Assembly (NCBI GenBank): GCA_018828825.1
Contig: JAHJUV010000115.1
Location: forward strand, 1 to 50,603
Reading direction: 5' to 3'
Source: Planctomycetota bacterium
Lineage (GTDB): Bacteria > Planctomycetota > Phycisphaerae > Sedimentisphaerales > UBA12454
DNA: 50,603 bases
A model generated the notes under the pieces. That model was not told the origin of the DNA. It saw nothing but the letters and a program-made list of their open reading frames with translations, and made no database searches. Both the position numbers and the translations under genes were made by a program. Shown here piece by piece: positions 1 to 9,854 of this stretch. The first letter of the stretch is position 1, and each line of letters begins with the position of its first letter.

Positions 1-594
1 CACTTTGCCGCCTATCTCGTGCTTATGCTTCTGTTGTGGCTAAGTGTAAGTTTTGAAAAAAAGGCGGATTGGAAAAAAATCCGGCCGTGGCTGCTAATGG
101 GAATAGTCGCAGTTTACGGCTTATTCGATGAAGTTTCACAATATTTCATAGAAGGCCGTTCAGCAGACCTCTACGACCTGCTTGGCAACTTCCTCGGAGC
201 TGCTATTGCTATGATACTGGTTACAATTATGGCCGGTCGTCATACGGCAATGATACCGTTTGTGATATGCCCGATGTTTCTGCCGGGGCTGGTAAGGTCA
301 AAACTTATAGCACAAAGTTCAATAATCGAAACTGCGGTTTATGCGGCTGCTTTTGCGATAATAACAATTGCCTGGGCCCAATATCTTTCGTCGGTCCATA
401 AACTTAATCTTAAACAGCTAAAACATATACCGGCATTTTTTGCAGGGTTGGCTGGAACTATCGCTATCGTAAAAATTTATGCGGTGTTTACAAATAAACC
501 AATGGGGAAAACAGCGATTTTAAGCGCCTTCGCCGCGATAATATTGACACTTATAATTTGGTCTCTGGCGAGAGAAAAAAGGACTACTGTTTGA
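1..594 (+). CDS. VanZ-like integral membrane protein (5' end outside window)
   Basis: The frame is open from base 1 (HFAAYL...). FDEVSQYFIEGRSADLYDLLGNFLGAAIA resembles the conserved VanZ-family block. Further hydrophobic helices follow. Confidence 0.5.
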   Translation, partial: HFAAYLVLMLLLWLSVSFEKKADWKKIRPWLLMGIVAVYGLFDEVSQYFIEGRSADLYDLLGNFLGAAIAMILVTIMAGRHTAMIPFVICPMFLPGLVRSKLIAQSSIIETAVYAAAFAIITIAWAQYLSSVHKLNLKQLKHIPAFFAGLAGTIAIVKIYAVFTNKPMGKTAILSAFAAIILTLIIWSLAREKRTTV

Positions 595-2155
595 TAGTGG
601 GTCTGTAAAGAGGGTCGCCTATAAGAACGAGCTGCCAGGAATTAAACGGGTTTGTCCTGTAAAAGGCTTCAGCCAGGCATTTGCCGTCGAGCAGTTCAGC
701 AAAAAACTCGTCCGGCTCAGGAAACGAATGGAGATAAGGCTCGTCAACCGGGCCCAGCGTGGCAGTTATGCCGTCGGCAAGCATAGCAGGACACCAGTTA
801 GTACTTGTGATGCTTCGTAAATTCGCCGCCTCGAAACTGGCTATATGAAAACCTACAGCGCCGGGAACAAAATCAAACGCATCGATATATTTTCTTACGC
901 TATACCAGCCGCAGTAAATTGCTGTCTTCGGACAGGAGCCCGGTGCGAAAAGAGATTCCGTGTTCTCTATGACAACTTTCATCGGAGTACGTTTTTTGAG
1001 CATAGCCGCAAGCGAATGCAGGCTCTTATCAAAAAATTCAAACGAGTGCGGCGCAGACTGAGCGGTAATATTCAAACCGCGGGTGTCAATATACGCATTT
1101 CCGGAAAGGCCGGTTTTCTCGGCTTCTATCGCCTTATCGATGAGTCCTGAGGCAATTTGAGCCGATGGGCCGTCGAGCCTTGAAACCATCAGAGTTCTCG
1201 AAGGCAACCAGAGAGGCATATTCTGCATCTGATTTTTCTGCCAGCGGTAAAGGTCGTAATCGTCAAACAGAACCATCGAAAGCTCGCTGTCAACCGAAGC
1301 AGATGTTTCAGCCCCCCTGCACCTGGCAATATCAGCTTTTAAGCTGGAAATAACATTTGTCAAACCTCCGACTGTTTCGAGGGCTGAATAAAAATCCGCA
1401 TCAAGCTTTTTAGTGATGGGCCATTTTTTCTGCTCAGCCATCTGTAAAACGAGGCTATTTTCATACAACTCGTTTTTTTCTGATATAGAAAGCCTGAACG
1501 ATATCTGCGGCAGCTTTTTAGCCTGCTGCTGAGCATTGGCAGGACCATAGAAAAGTCTTATCAGTTCTATCCAATCGTTATATTGCTTTTCCCGTGCATC
1601 TTCCTGCTCGACATATTCAATTCTTTTGACGACCTCTTTTGTATCGTCATTGAGATGTTTTAAAATATCTCCAACTGATTCGGCCTGAGCCGCTTCTTGA
1701 GGATTCGTTAACTCTTTTCTTCCAAGTTGATTAAGCTGCTGATAGGCATTTTTAAATTCTTCTTCTTTGGAGGAAAGTATGCTTGAAAGCTTTAAAACAA
1801 GCTGGTTGACATCCTTAACAGGACTGGCAGGAGCGACTTTTATCGGCACGCCGTAAACCGTCAAAAGACATTTAATCTGCCCGGACTTTCTGTTTTGTGT
1901 AAGCTCTTTTTTTACTGCGGCAGCCAGAATGTTATCGTATTTTTGCCGGGTTATTTGCTCAGAAAGGTTTTCCCCCAGCGGAATTTTCAGGATATTTTCA
2001 GATGGCACTGCCCTTTTGCCGCAGTAATATTCCGCCAACTGAAGCGACTCGTTAACATCTGAGTTTGCGATAACCAGAATCTGCGCGGGCTCAAGTGCAT
2101 AAGCAGGCAGAGAAAACAACCACAGGGATAACATGAGAAGATAAATCTTTGACAT
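584..2155 (-). CDS. Exported protein of unknown function (architecture recalls the uncharacterised TIGR03790 family)
   Basis: 523-aa ORF with a signal-peptide-like N-terminus (MSKIYLLMLSLWLFSLPAYA). The C-terminal block reads GWYS...PGAVGFHIAS...GPVDEPYL...IGDPLYRP. Its ATG overlaps the stop of the upstream gene (TAATG). Confidence 0.55.
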   Translation of the reverse strand: MSKIYLLMLSLWLFSLPAYALEPAQILVIANSDVNESLQLAEYYCGKRAVPSENILKIPLGENLSEQITRQKYDNILAAAVKKELTQNRKSGQIKCLLTVYGVPIKVAPASPVKDVNQLVLKLSSILSSKEEEFKNAYQQLNQLGRKELTNPQEAAQAESVGDILKHLNDDTKEVVKRIEYVEQEDAREKQYNDWIELIRLFYGPANAQQQAKKLPQISFRLSISEKNELYENSLVLQMAEQKKWPITKKLDADFYSALETVGGLTNVISSLKADIARCRGAETSASVDSELSMVLFDDYDLYRWQKNQMQNMPLWLPSRTLMVSRLDGPSAQIASGLIDKAIEAEKTGLSGNAYIDTRGLNITAQSAPHSFEFFDKSLHSLAAMLKKRTPMKVVIENTESLFAPGSCPKTAIYCGWYSVRKYIDAFDFVPGAVGFHIASFEAANLRSITSTNWCPAMLADGITATLGPVDEPYLHSFPEPDEFFAELLDGKCLAEAFYRTNPFNSWQLVLIGDPLYRPTIKQ

Positions 2156-3288
2156 TATTCCGGTCCATAAGACCTGTAAGGTTTGTCGGCAGGATAATTC
2201 ACTTCGTCATAATCATCAAACCAGCAGGCCTGCGGATTGCTCTTAAATATCATAAATTTTCCGCTGTCACTGTCATCTGCGGCCCTGTGGTATTTCATAA
2301 AAACATTAGTATCCGTTTTGCCGATTATTTCGATTTTTCCACTCGAGTGAGACATAACAAAACGAGCCCGTTTGGCAAGACCGGAAATCCTAGCTTTGGC
2401 CTGTTCAAAAATATCATAACCGGTTTCAATCGGTACAGTATATGCTTTGTTGCCGCTGGCCGGACGGCACTGAAATACATAATAAGGCACTACACCATAA
2501 AACGAAAGTTTTGCAAAAAGCTCGGCAAGGACATCCGGATTGTCGTTTATGCCTTTTATCAGGGGCGTCTGATTGGTCATTTCGGCACCGGCCTTCTTCA
2601 TAAGATGACAGGCTTGAATGGCGATATCCGTCAACTCACGTGGATGAACGAAATGTGTCATCATATATATTTTCTTATACGGAGTAGAATATTTCTCGAT
2701 TAAATCCAGAAGCTGTTTATCTTCGGCTATCCTGTAAGGATTGTAAACCGGCATCCGAGTCCCGATCCTAATTATCTGTACATGGTCAATCTGCCTGAGT
2801 TTTGTTATTATTTCTTCAAGCCCGTCTGTTGAAAGCATAAGCGGATCACCGCCGGTAAGCAGGACATTAGTTATTTCTTTATGCTGCGATATATAATTCA
2901 GCGCAGCGGGTAAGTCCGTAATACAATCCCTTTTGGAGCCAAGAAAGACCCTCTTCCTGAAACAATAACGACATATCCCGGCGCAGGTTTTGCTCACAAG
3001 CAAAAGCGCAGTAGAATTATACTTGTGCTCCAGGCCCGGCATCACCGTATAGCTTTGCTCGTCGGACGGATCGAGTCTGCCCCACTTTTCAAGCTCTTTG
3101 GCGTGAGGAACTACAACCTGCCTGATGGGGTCATTGGGGTCGTTCCAGTCTATAAGGGACAAATAATACTCGCTGCAATAAAACGGGTATTTAGCCGCGA
3201 CCTTCGCAACTTCACCGACTTCGGCCTGACTCAAGTTTTTAAGCTCTTTTACATCCGTCACATAACTTTGTTTTAACTCTGCTGTCAA
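2155..3288 (-). CDS. KamA-family radical SAM protein (lysine 2,3-aminomutase-like)
   Basis: CxxxCxxC cluster motif CAGICRYCFRKR. KamA-like N-terminal block YYLSLIDWNDPNDPIRQVVVP. A conserved Lys sits in the SSGK context near the C-terminus. Confidence 0.8.
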   Translation of the reverse strand: MTAELKQSYVTDVKELKNLSQAEVGEVAKVAAKYPFYCSEYYLSLIDWNDPNDPIRQVVVPHAKELEKWGRLDPSDEQSYTVMPGLEHKYNSTALLLVSKTCAGICRYCFRKRVFLGSKRDCITDLPAALNYISQHKEITNVLLTGGDPLMLSTDGLEEIITKLRQIDHVQIIRIGTRMPVYNPYRIAEDKQLLDLIEKYSTPYKKIYMMTHFVHPRELTDIAIQACHLMKKAGAEMTNQTPLIKGINDNPDVLAELFAKLSFYGVVPYYVFQCRPASGNKAYTVPIETGYDIFEQAKARISGLAKRARFVMSHSSGKIEIIGKTDTNVFMKYHRAADDSDSGKFMIFKSNPQACWFDDYDEVNYPADKPYRSYGPE

Positions 3289-3302
3289 TTATTTCTCCGG
3301 GT

Positions 3303-3926
3303 TTAAATATTGTTCTTGCCGCTTTGCCCTCTGGTCTCTTCTGTTTGCGAGTAGCGTTTTTCATAAATACTCCTGCGGGTCAAAACCTGCCAAAGCGTCA
3401 TAAAAATTATCTTAAAGTCCAGCAGCAGCGAAGCTTTTTGGACATATTCTACATCGAAAGCCAGTTTTTCTTCTCTCGTAAGCTCTCCCCTGCCGCTGAT
3501 TTGTGCCAAACCTGTAAGGCCCGGCTTGACAAACAGTCTTTTTTTATGCTCATTATCCCATTCTGCTATTTGTTCAATATACAAAGGTCTTGGGCCTACA
3601 AGTGTCATATTACCTTTTAATACATTAAAGAGTTGCGGCAGTTCATCAAGAGAATATTCGCGTAAAAAAATACCTGTTTTAGTCAATCGCGGGTCCTGGC
3701 CTGATTTAGGACTGGCTCCGAACGGGTCAACATCAATCTTCATCGTGCGAAATTTATAAAACTTGAAAGGTTTTCCATCCTTGCCGGCACGTGTTTGCTT
3801 AAAAATCGCCGGTCCTTTGCTGCCTCGTTTTATCGCTGCGATTATTATCACAAATACCGGCAGTAAAATAACAACCACCGGCAAAGCAGCCAGAATATCG
3901 ACCAATCTTTTTATAAACCTATACAA
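3303..3926 (-). CDS. Polyprenyl-phosphate sugar-1-phosphate transferase (bacterial sugar transferase, PglC/WbaP C-terminal type)
   Basis: One N-terminal TM helix, then DPRLTKTG, DELPQLFNVLKGNMTLVGPRP and KPGLTGLAQISGRG motifs. Confidence 0.85.
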   Translation of the reverse strand: MYRFIKRLVDILAALPVVVILLPVFVIIIAAIKRGSKGPAIFKQTRAGKDGKPFKFYKFRTMKIDVDPFGASPKSGQDPRLTKTGIFLREYSLDELPQLFNVLKGNMTLVGPRPLYIEQIAEWDNEHKKRLFVKPGLTGLAQISGRGELTREEKLAFDVEYVQKASLLLDFKIIFMTLWQVLTRRSIYEKRYSQTEETRGQSGKNNI

Positions 3927-4608
3927 TCTCTATTTCCTTTAATAAATCAGGTAATTTATTAATCGAATCAATTTCGTAACCAGGCTGGGCCTGCTTTGAT
4001 GGGGCCTGACCTAAATGAATCCGCTTGGGACGTATAATTCGGACAGTTTTAAAGCCCATCTGGTTAGGTGACAAAAAATCCTTTTTAAGATTATCGCCGA
4101 CATAAACGCACTGATTGGCTAAAACACCGAATTCGGCCAGCAGTTTTTCAAAAGCTGTCGGCGAAGGTTTCCAGTGCTCCCTGCCGAGCTTTTCGGTATA
4201 AACAATATAATCGAAAAATTTTTCGAGCGTCAGCGCCTTTACCTTATACTCCTGAGCGGGCAGGTAACCATCGGTAATCAGGCCGAGTTTGTAACGGCTT
4301 TTCAAACTTTCAAGAACCTCTCTGCTTTCAGGAGAAAGTTTTATGTCCGGCTTATGCTCACGAAAGACCTTTACAAGTTTTTCTATATAGGCGGCGTCAA
4401 AGACAACGCCAAGCTTTTCGGCGGCGGCGTTAAGGGTGGTCTTGTAATTGCCCGAATTGAAAATTTCCCAAAGGATATCAAAAACACCCCGGCCCGACAG
4501 TCCAAAATCATCGGCTATAGTTTGAGCCACCACTGCAAAACCGCTTTTGTAGTAGTCTATCTCGTCGTAAAGGGTATCGTCCATATCAAAGGCTATACAA
4601 TTTATCAC
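3919..4608 (-). CDS. HAD-superfamily hydrolase/phosphatase
   Basis: DxDxT motif (IAFDMDDTLY) and a downstream GDN..KD block (VYVGDNLKKD). Overlaps the next gene by 8 nt. Confidence 0.75.
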   Translation of the reverse strand: MINCIAFDMDDTLYDEIDYYKSGFAVVAQTIADDFGLSGRGVFDILWEIFNSGNYKTTLNAAAEKLGVVFDAAYIEKLVKVFREHKPDIKLSPESREVLESLKSRYKLGLITDGYLPAQEYKVKALTLEKFFDYIVYTEKLGREHWKPSPTAFEKLLAEFGVLANQCVYVGDNLKKDFLSPNQMGFKTVRIIRPKRIHLGQAPSKQAQPGYEIDSINKLPDLLKEIEIV

Positions 4609-4723
4609 TTAAAAACCCTGTCAAAAATGCCGATAATTAAAATATAGGCTATCGATTCAATTAACTGGACAAAAGTCCTATAATTAGTTAGACTTTTAGT
4701 AACTTTCTTTGGTGCTATAAGTT

Positions 4724-5728
4724 ATGGTAAATTACAAAAAGCCAAATTGCAAGCGTTTTAATATTTTGTTTACTTGTATCGGCAGACGGGTATCGCTTTT
4801 GAACAGTTTTAAAAAGGCCGCCAAAGAGTTAAAACTTAACTGCCGATTTTTGGGAACTGAAACAACAGAACTAAGTTCCGCTCTTCAGCTTTGTGACAAA
4901 AAATTTATCGTCAAATCCGTAGGTCATCAAAATTACACAAAACAACTATTGGAGATTGTAAAACAAAACAACGTAAAATTGCTGGTACCAACTATTGACC
5001 TTGATTTACAAGTTCTTGCTGATAACAGAGAAAAATTTACCGCTATCGGCTGCACTGTACTGGTTTCAAAACCAAATGTTGTCAATATCTGTCAGGATAA
5101 ACGTGAAACTTTTAAATTCCTCGTAAAAAACGGTTTTGACACTCCTGAAACTTTAACAGCTCGCCAGGCGATGGCGAAAAAGTCTCTTAAATACCCCCGT
5201 TTCCTCAAACCCTGGGACGGCTATGCCGGCAGAGGAAACGCCATCGTCAAAAATCGGCAAGAACTTGCTTTCTACGCAAAAAAAATACCTAACTGCATTG
5301 TACAGGAATTTGCTCAAGGTCATGAATATACTTGTGATTGTTTTATTGATTTTGACTATCAAGTTCGTTGCGTAGTTCCCAGAAAACGAATCGAAGTTCG
5401 TTCAGGCGAAGTAAGTAAAGGGCAAATTATCAAGAACAGGGTAATAATGGCCCAGGCGGCAAAACTGACTAAAACTCTGAGGGCCGGCCCAGGAGTTATT
5501 ACCATACAACTTATTCTTGCAAAGGGGCGAAGGATAGAATTCATTGAAATAAATCCGCGTTTTGGCGGAGGAGCACCCCTGTCAATAAAAGCTGGTGCAG
5601 ATTTCCCAAAGTGGATTCTGTCGCAGCTTATCGGGAAAAAATCACGAATTAAATTCGACGGCTTTAAAAATAACCTGACCATGCTGCGATATGATGCAGA
5701 AGTCTGGCTAAAACCGTATGGAGACTAA
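4724..5728 (+). CDS. ATP-grasp domain ligase
   Basis: ATP-grasp signature layout: PRFLKPWDGYAGRG, IVQEF..G.EYT.D and IEINPRFGGG. Confidence 0.75.
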   Translation: MVNYKKPNCKRFNILFTCIGRRVSLLNSFKKAAKELKLNCRFLGTETTELSSALQLCDKKFIVKSVGHQNYTKQLLEIVKQNNVKLLVPTIDLDLQVLADNREKFTAIGCTVLVSKPNVVNICQDKRETFKFLVKNGFDTPETLTARQAMAKKSLKYPRFLKPWDGYAGRGNAIVKNRQELAFYAKKIPNCIVQEFAQGHEYTCDCFIDFDYQVRCVVPRKRIEVRSGEVSKGQIIKNRVIMAQAAKLTKTLRAGPGVITIQLILAKGRRIEFIEINPRFGGGAPLSIKAGADFPKWILSQLIGKKSRIKFDGFKNNLTMLRYDAEVWLKPYGD

Positions 5729-5731
5729 AAA

Positions 5732-6916
5732 GTGCTTGCAAGTATCGTAGGCCCATACAAGGAAATCAGCTGGATAATACCATTCTGGCCGGTGTTGGTG
5801 TTTTCCTTTATTGCAGCATTGCCCGGTACATGGCTGTGCAAGAAAATTGCTCTTAAATTTGGTGCGGTAGACAAACCTGACGGCACGGTCAAAACACATA
5901 AGCAACCTATAGCCTATCTTGGAGGGCTGGGAATTCTTTTGGGGTTTGCCTCTGGTATCGTCGCGGGAATAACTTTACTCGAACAGACCGAGCTATTCGG
6001 ATTATACCTCAAACTGCTCGTAGGCATATTAGCCGGAGCATCTGTAGCGTGTTTTGTCGGTCTTGTTGACGACCTTTTTGATATTCGTCCCTCCCGGAAA
6101 ATACTCGGACAGGCGCTGGCAGCGGTTATTCTGCTAACGGTCGGAATCAGGCCAAACCTTAGCATTATTTTCACTCAGTTTGGAATAGAGTTGCCGGCAA
6201 CATTAGAGGCGATTTTAGGAATACCTGTGGTTATAATCTTTGTGTTAGGGGCTACGAACTCTCTAAATCTTATCGACGGTCTCGACGGTTTGTGTGCGGG
6301 AGTAACTTCTATTATTACTATTGGGATGCTGATCCTGGCTGTTCATCTTGGAACATGGAACTTATCGAGTGCTGGAGACCCCGTCCGCGCTATAGTTGGT
6401 CTTGGGCTTGTTGGCGCTACATTGGGATTTCTGCCATTCAACAAGGCACCGGCAAAAATATTTATGGGGGATGCCGGCAGTATGCTGCTGGGGTTTGTTG
6501 TGGCAGCGATGATGATACTGTTTGCAGAAAGGCAGCCGCTTTGGTGGATGGCGTCACTGATGATATTCGGACTGCCTATACTTGATACAGCAGTAGCGTT
6601 GGTAAGAAGATTACTAAATAAAAGGCCTTTATTCGTTTCAGACCGCGGGCACATATACGACCAGATGATGGACCGCGGAATACCATTGAAAAAGACCGTA
6701 GGTATTTGCTATATTCTTGCCGGGGTGTATGCTGCAATAGGATTGATTATGTGTCCGTTAAGACATCGATATGCAGCAATTATACTGGCTGTTACCGTCA
6801 TAATTTCGGCGGTAGTAATCTGGAAAAAGGGCTTTTTGAAAATGGAAGGATTAAGAGGAGCGGTGAAAAAAACCGGATTGAAAAAAACAGCTAATTCCGG
6901 CAGCAGCCATAATTGA
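5732..6916 (+). CDS. WecA/MraY-family (GT4) polyprenyl-phosphate N-acetylhexosamine-1-phosphate transferase
   Basis: Polytopic membrane protein with VDDLFDI, NLIDGLDGL and KIFMGDAGS motifs. GTG start lies 3 nt after the ATP-grasp stop. Confidence 0.8.
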   Translation: MLASIVGPYKEISWIIPFWPVLVFSFIAALPGTWLCKKIALKFGAVDKPDGTVKTHKQPIAYLGGLGILLGFASGIVAGITLLEQTELFGLYLKLLVGILAGASVACFVGLVDDLFDIRPSRKILGQALAAVILLTVGIRPNLSIIFTQFGIELPATLEAILGIPVVIIFVLGATNSLNLIDGLDGLCAGVTSIITIGMLILAVHLGTWNLSSAGDPVRAIVGLGLVGATLGFLPFNKAPAKIFMGDAGSMLLGFVVAAMMILFAERQPLWWMASLMIFGLPILDTAVALVRRLLNKRPLFVSDRGHIYDQMMDRGIPLKKTVGICYILAGVYAAIGLIMCPLRHRYAAIILAVTVIISAVVIWKKGFLKMEGLRGAVKKTGLKKTANSGSSHN

Positions 6917-8167
6917 AAGAAAAGGGATTGTACCCAGGGTATAAAGCGAATGCCCAATAAAAGTAGCGAACGGGAAATACCATATCGAATAGCACACTAT
7001 ACCGACAAGCAGCAACAGTCCCTCTTTCCTAAAAGCAAAAATTCCAACTGCTGCGGGAACCCATAAAATCAAATGAAAAACGCTTAGGCCCCACCGTTCA
7101 ATCGTTACATACTTGATTGCAAGAAAAGATTTTGTGAAAACAGGAAAATAGTATTCTGTCGAATTTAAAACAACTTTCTTTGCAAATAAAAGCGGATGAT
7201 TTTTTATATGCTCAATCATTTTTTTGTTAGCAATCTCTTCCTGAGCGATATCCTTAAAACCCTTCCAGTGAGTAGCGGTCGTTTCAGTGCCCTCTATCCC
7301 AAGGACCATTAAACTTGCGTCAATATAGCTTTCGCCTTTTCTTTGCGGCTCAGCTTCGATGCCCCTCCAGTGAACATTGCCATTAAAGTAAGCAAGGCCG
7401 CCCCCGCCGGACACAGGAATAAACTTATGAAAAACAATCCAGTTTCTGTAAGTCCATGGAGCAATAAGACAAATTACAACTAATCCCGCAAAAAGAGATA
7501 CTGATATCCTTTTCCTGCTCTTAATCAATGCCTTTACAAATAAAATTCCAATCAAAAGCAAAACTGCCGGCAGCATAGCAGCATGCGTCAAAGCCAGTCC
7601 CGCACCGGCAGCGCCAATAATTAGACCAATTTGCCGTGGTTTGAAACCGGACTTATTAAATAGTTCCCGCGATGAAAAATAAGCAAATATTAAATACAAA
7701 AACGTCTGCAGAACCGCTGCCATTGGATTCTTTGCATTCCAGTACACCCATGGATTTATCAAAAAAAACAGCAAGGCCGCAGTTCCCACAGTTTGGTTAT
7801 ATAATTGCCTTGCAATTTTAAATATCATCATTCCGATAAAGCCGACAAGAACACTCTGCGGAATTATAATAACATACCGCTGCAAATTCTCCGGAAATAT
7901 CGCTACAGGCACAAGGAACAAAGGATACAATGGCGGACGATGAAAAACCGGAGGACCGCCTTTTTCAAAGACATAACCATCGCCGGCAGCAAGACTTCTT
8001 GCGAGTTGAATATAACCGTCATTGCCCGCACCAAAATTTCTGCTCAGCCCCGTAATCGGCGAAACAACAAAAAGAATGATACCACAAAAGAAAAGACATA
8101 AAAAAAAGGACAACCAAAAAGCCTGACTGTCTTTTCCGGGAACGAGTTTTCTTAAATCACTTATCAT
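6851..8167 (-). CDS. GT-C fold membrane glycosyltransferase (ArnT/PMT_2, GT39/GT83-like)
   Basis: About 12 hydrophobic helices. First loop reads NDGYIQLARSLAAGDGY...HRPPLYPLFL, typical of PMT_2/ArnT-like enzymes. Confidence 0.6.
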   Translation of the reverse strand: MISDLRKLVPGKDSQAFWLSFFLCLFFCGIILFVVSPITGLSRNFGAGNDGYIQLARSLAAGDGYVFEKGGPPVFHRPPLYPLFLVPVAIFPENLQRYVIIIPQSVLVGFIGMMIFKIARQLYNQTVGTAALLFFLINPWVYWNAKNPMAAVLQTFLYLIFAYFSSRELFNKSGFKPRQIGLIIGAAGAGLALTHAAMLPAVLLLIGILFVKALIKSRKRISVSLFAGLVVICLIAPWTYRNWIVFHKFIPVSGGGGLAYFNGNVHWRGIEAEPQRKGESYIDASLMVLGIEGTETTATHWKGFKDIAQEEIANKKMIEHIKNHPLLFAKKVVLNSTEYYFPVFTKSFLAIKYVTIERWGLSVFHLILWVPAAVGIFAFRKEGLLLLVGIVCYSIWYFPFATFIGHSLYTLGTIPFLSIMAAAGISCFFQSGFFHRSS

Positions 8168-8177
8168 ATCAGAAATT

Positions 8178-9854
8178 CTATTTTCTTCGGGCTGTGTAGG
8201 CTTCTGTCAGATTTTCCACTGCTGTTATTTTTGTCTCATGATAATCTTCTTCGCTGTTGACCTGCCAGATACTATCTTTGTTTTTTATACCTTTGACAAT
8301 ATTCTCAACTGCTACCATTGCTGTAAGCATCGAATGGTCCTGGTTGTTATAGCGATGCATACCGTTTCTGCCGATTAAAAAAAGGTTGGCAAAACTATCA
8401 GTATAGCTCTTAATAACATCAAACTGGTTATAGCTGCCAAAATAAGCCGGATAAGTTTTTTCAACTCTTACAACTACACTATCAAGAACATCGCTCTGCT
8501 CTATTATTCCAATCTTTTCAAGCTCCAAAGCAGCCATCTTCTTAAACTGCTCATCCGGCATATTCCAAAGATCATCGCCTTCATTACAGAAATACTCAAG
8601 GCCGAGCCAAACAGTATTTTCGTCTGCTACCATAAAGGGACTCCAATTATTAAACACCTGGAGCCTGCCGATTTTGACATCTTTTTCCTGGATGTAAATC
8701 CAGTTGTCAGGCACAATATCATTTGTTGTTTTAATATCAGTATCATTTTTAATTTTTAATTTTTTAACCAACAGGCCTACAGTGATAAAATCTCTATAAC
8801 ACAAACCAGATGCGACCTGTCTAACATTTTGAGGAACAGTTTGTCCCATTTCTTCAATCAAATCCTTCACAGGCATTGTAGAAAAAACATAATCGGCGGC
8901 TACTTCTGCAACTTCTGAAGTCTGGTGATTTTTCACATTTACAGAGATTGCTTTTTTGCCGTTATGGTTAAGCCCAATAACCTTGCATCCAAGATGAATT
9001 TCCCCACCTTTCGATTTGATAATCTCTGCAACCTTTTCCCATAACTGGCCGGGGCCAAATTTGGGGTATAAAAATTGAGAAATAAGGCTCGTTTCTATTT
9101 CTTTCTGGCCTATCGACACATCCCCACGAATAGCGGCTTTTACGGCATGTTTAATCGCTCTGGCGATAGAAAGCCCCTTTATCCTCTGTGCTCCCCATTC
9201 AGGCTGTATTTTATCGCAGCTTACCCCCCAGACCTTCTGTGTATAGTCTTTAAAGAATGTTTTATAAAGTTCTCTACCAAACCGATTAACCAGAAAATCC
9301 TCAAGCGATTTCTCGTGCTTTATCCTGATAATCCTTGCCTTGAGATAACTTAGGCCGATTTTAAAAGTCCGTAAAATCCCGAGATTTACAATCGTTTTTA
9401 CCGTAAGAGAAATGGGATAATCAAAAAACTTTCGCATAAACAGTATTCGCGAAAGCCTTTTTCGTACCAACATAACATTGTCGGTCTTTTCCGGGTCAGC
9501 TTCGAGATTTCTGCCATACTCGACAGGCGGCAATTTCCTCCCAAGCAGAACGTCATCTTTTGCCGGCAGAGTCTGAACAGGCATTAAGTCCAGCCAGAAA
9601 TTCATCACTCTGTCAGATTTCGAGAAAAAGCGGTGCCCACCTATATCAATACGGTTTCCTTTATAGTTGACCGTTTTCGAAATGCCGCCGATATCTTCGG
9701 TCTGCTCGAAAATTATCGGCTTAATATCGGTTTTGCTAAGCAGTTCAGAGGCAGCAGTGAGACCCGCGGGACCTGCACCAATGATTACAGCAATTTTATT
9801 GAAAGGATGTTTTTCAGGCATTGACTTTAAGGCTTTAACTGCGGCACTTTCCAT
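8178..9854 (-). CDS. FAD/NAD(P)-binding oxidoreductase (amine-oxidase / UDP-galactopyranose-mutase-like fold)
   Basis: Dinucleotide-binding motif [15 protein letters not shown] and the GGHRFFSK block. The alternative start at 9821 (MPEKHPF) would remove the overlap with the upstream gene. Confidence 0.75.
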   Translation of the reverse strand: MESAAVKALKSMPEKHPFNKIAVIIGAGPAGLTAASELLSKTDIKPIIFEQTEDIGGISKTVNYKGNRIDIGGHRFFSKSDRVMNFWLDLMPVQTLPAKDDVLLGRKLPPVEYGRNLEADPEKTDNVMLVRKRLSRILFMRKFFDYPISLTVKTIVNLGILRTFKIGLSYLKARIIRIKHEKSLEDFLVNRFGRELYKTFFKDYTQKVWGVSCDKIQPEWGAQRIKGLSIARAIKHAVKAAIRGDVSIGQKEIETSLISQFLYPKFGPGQLWEKVAEIIKSKGGEIHLGCKVIGLNHNGKKAISVNVKNHQTSEVAEVAADYVFSTMPVKDLIEEMGQTVPQNVRQVASGLCYRDFITVGLLVKKLKIKNDTDIKTTNDIVPDNWIYIQEKDVKIGRLQVFNNWSPFMVADENTVWLGLEYFCNEGDDLWNMPDEQFKKMAALELEKIGIIEQSDVLDSVVVRVEKTYPAYFGSYNQFDVIKSYTDSFANLFLIGRNGMHRYNNQDHSMLTAMVAVENIVKGIKNKDSIWQVNSEEDYHETKITAVENLTEAYTARRK

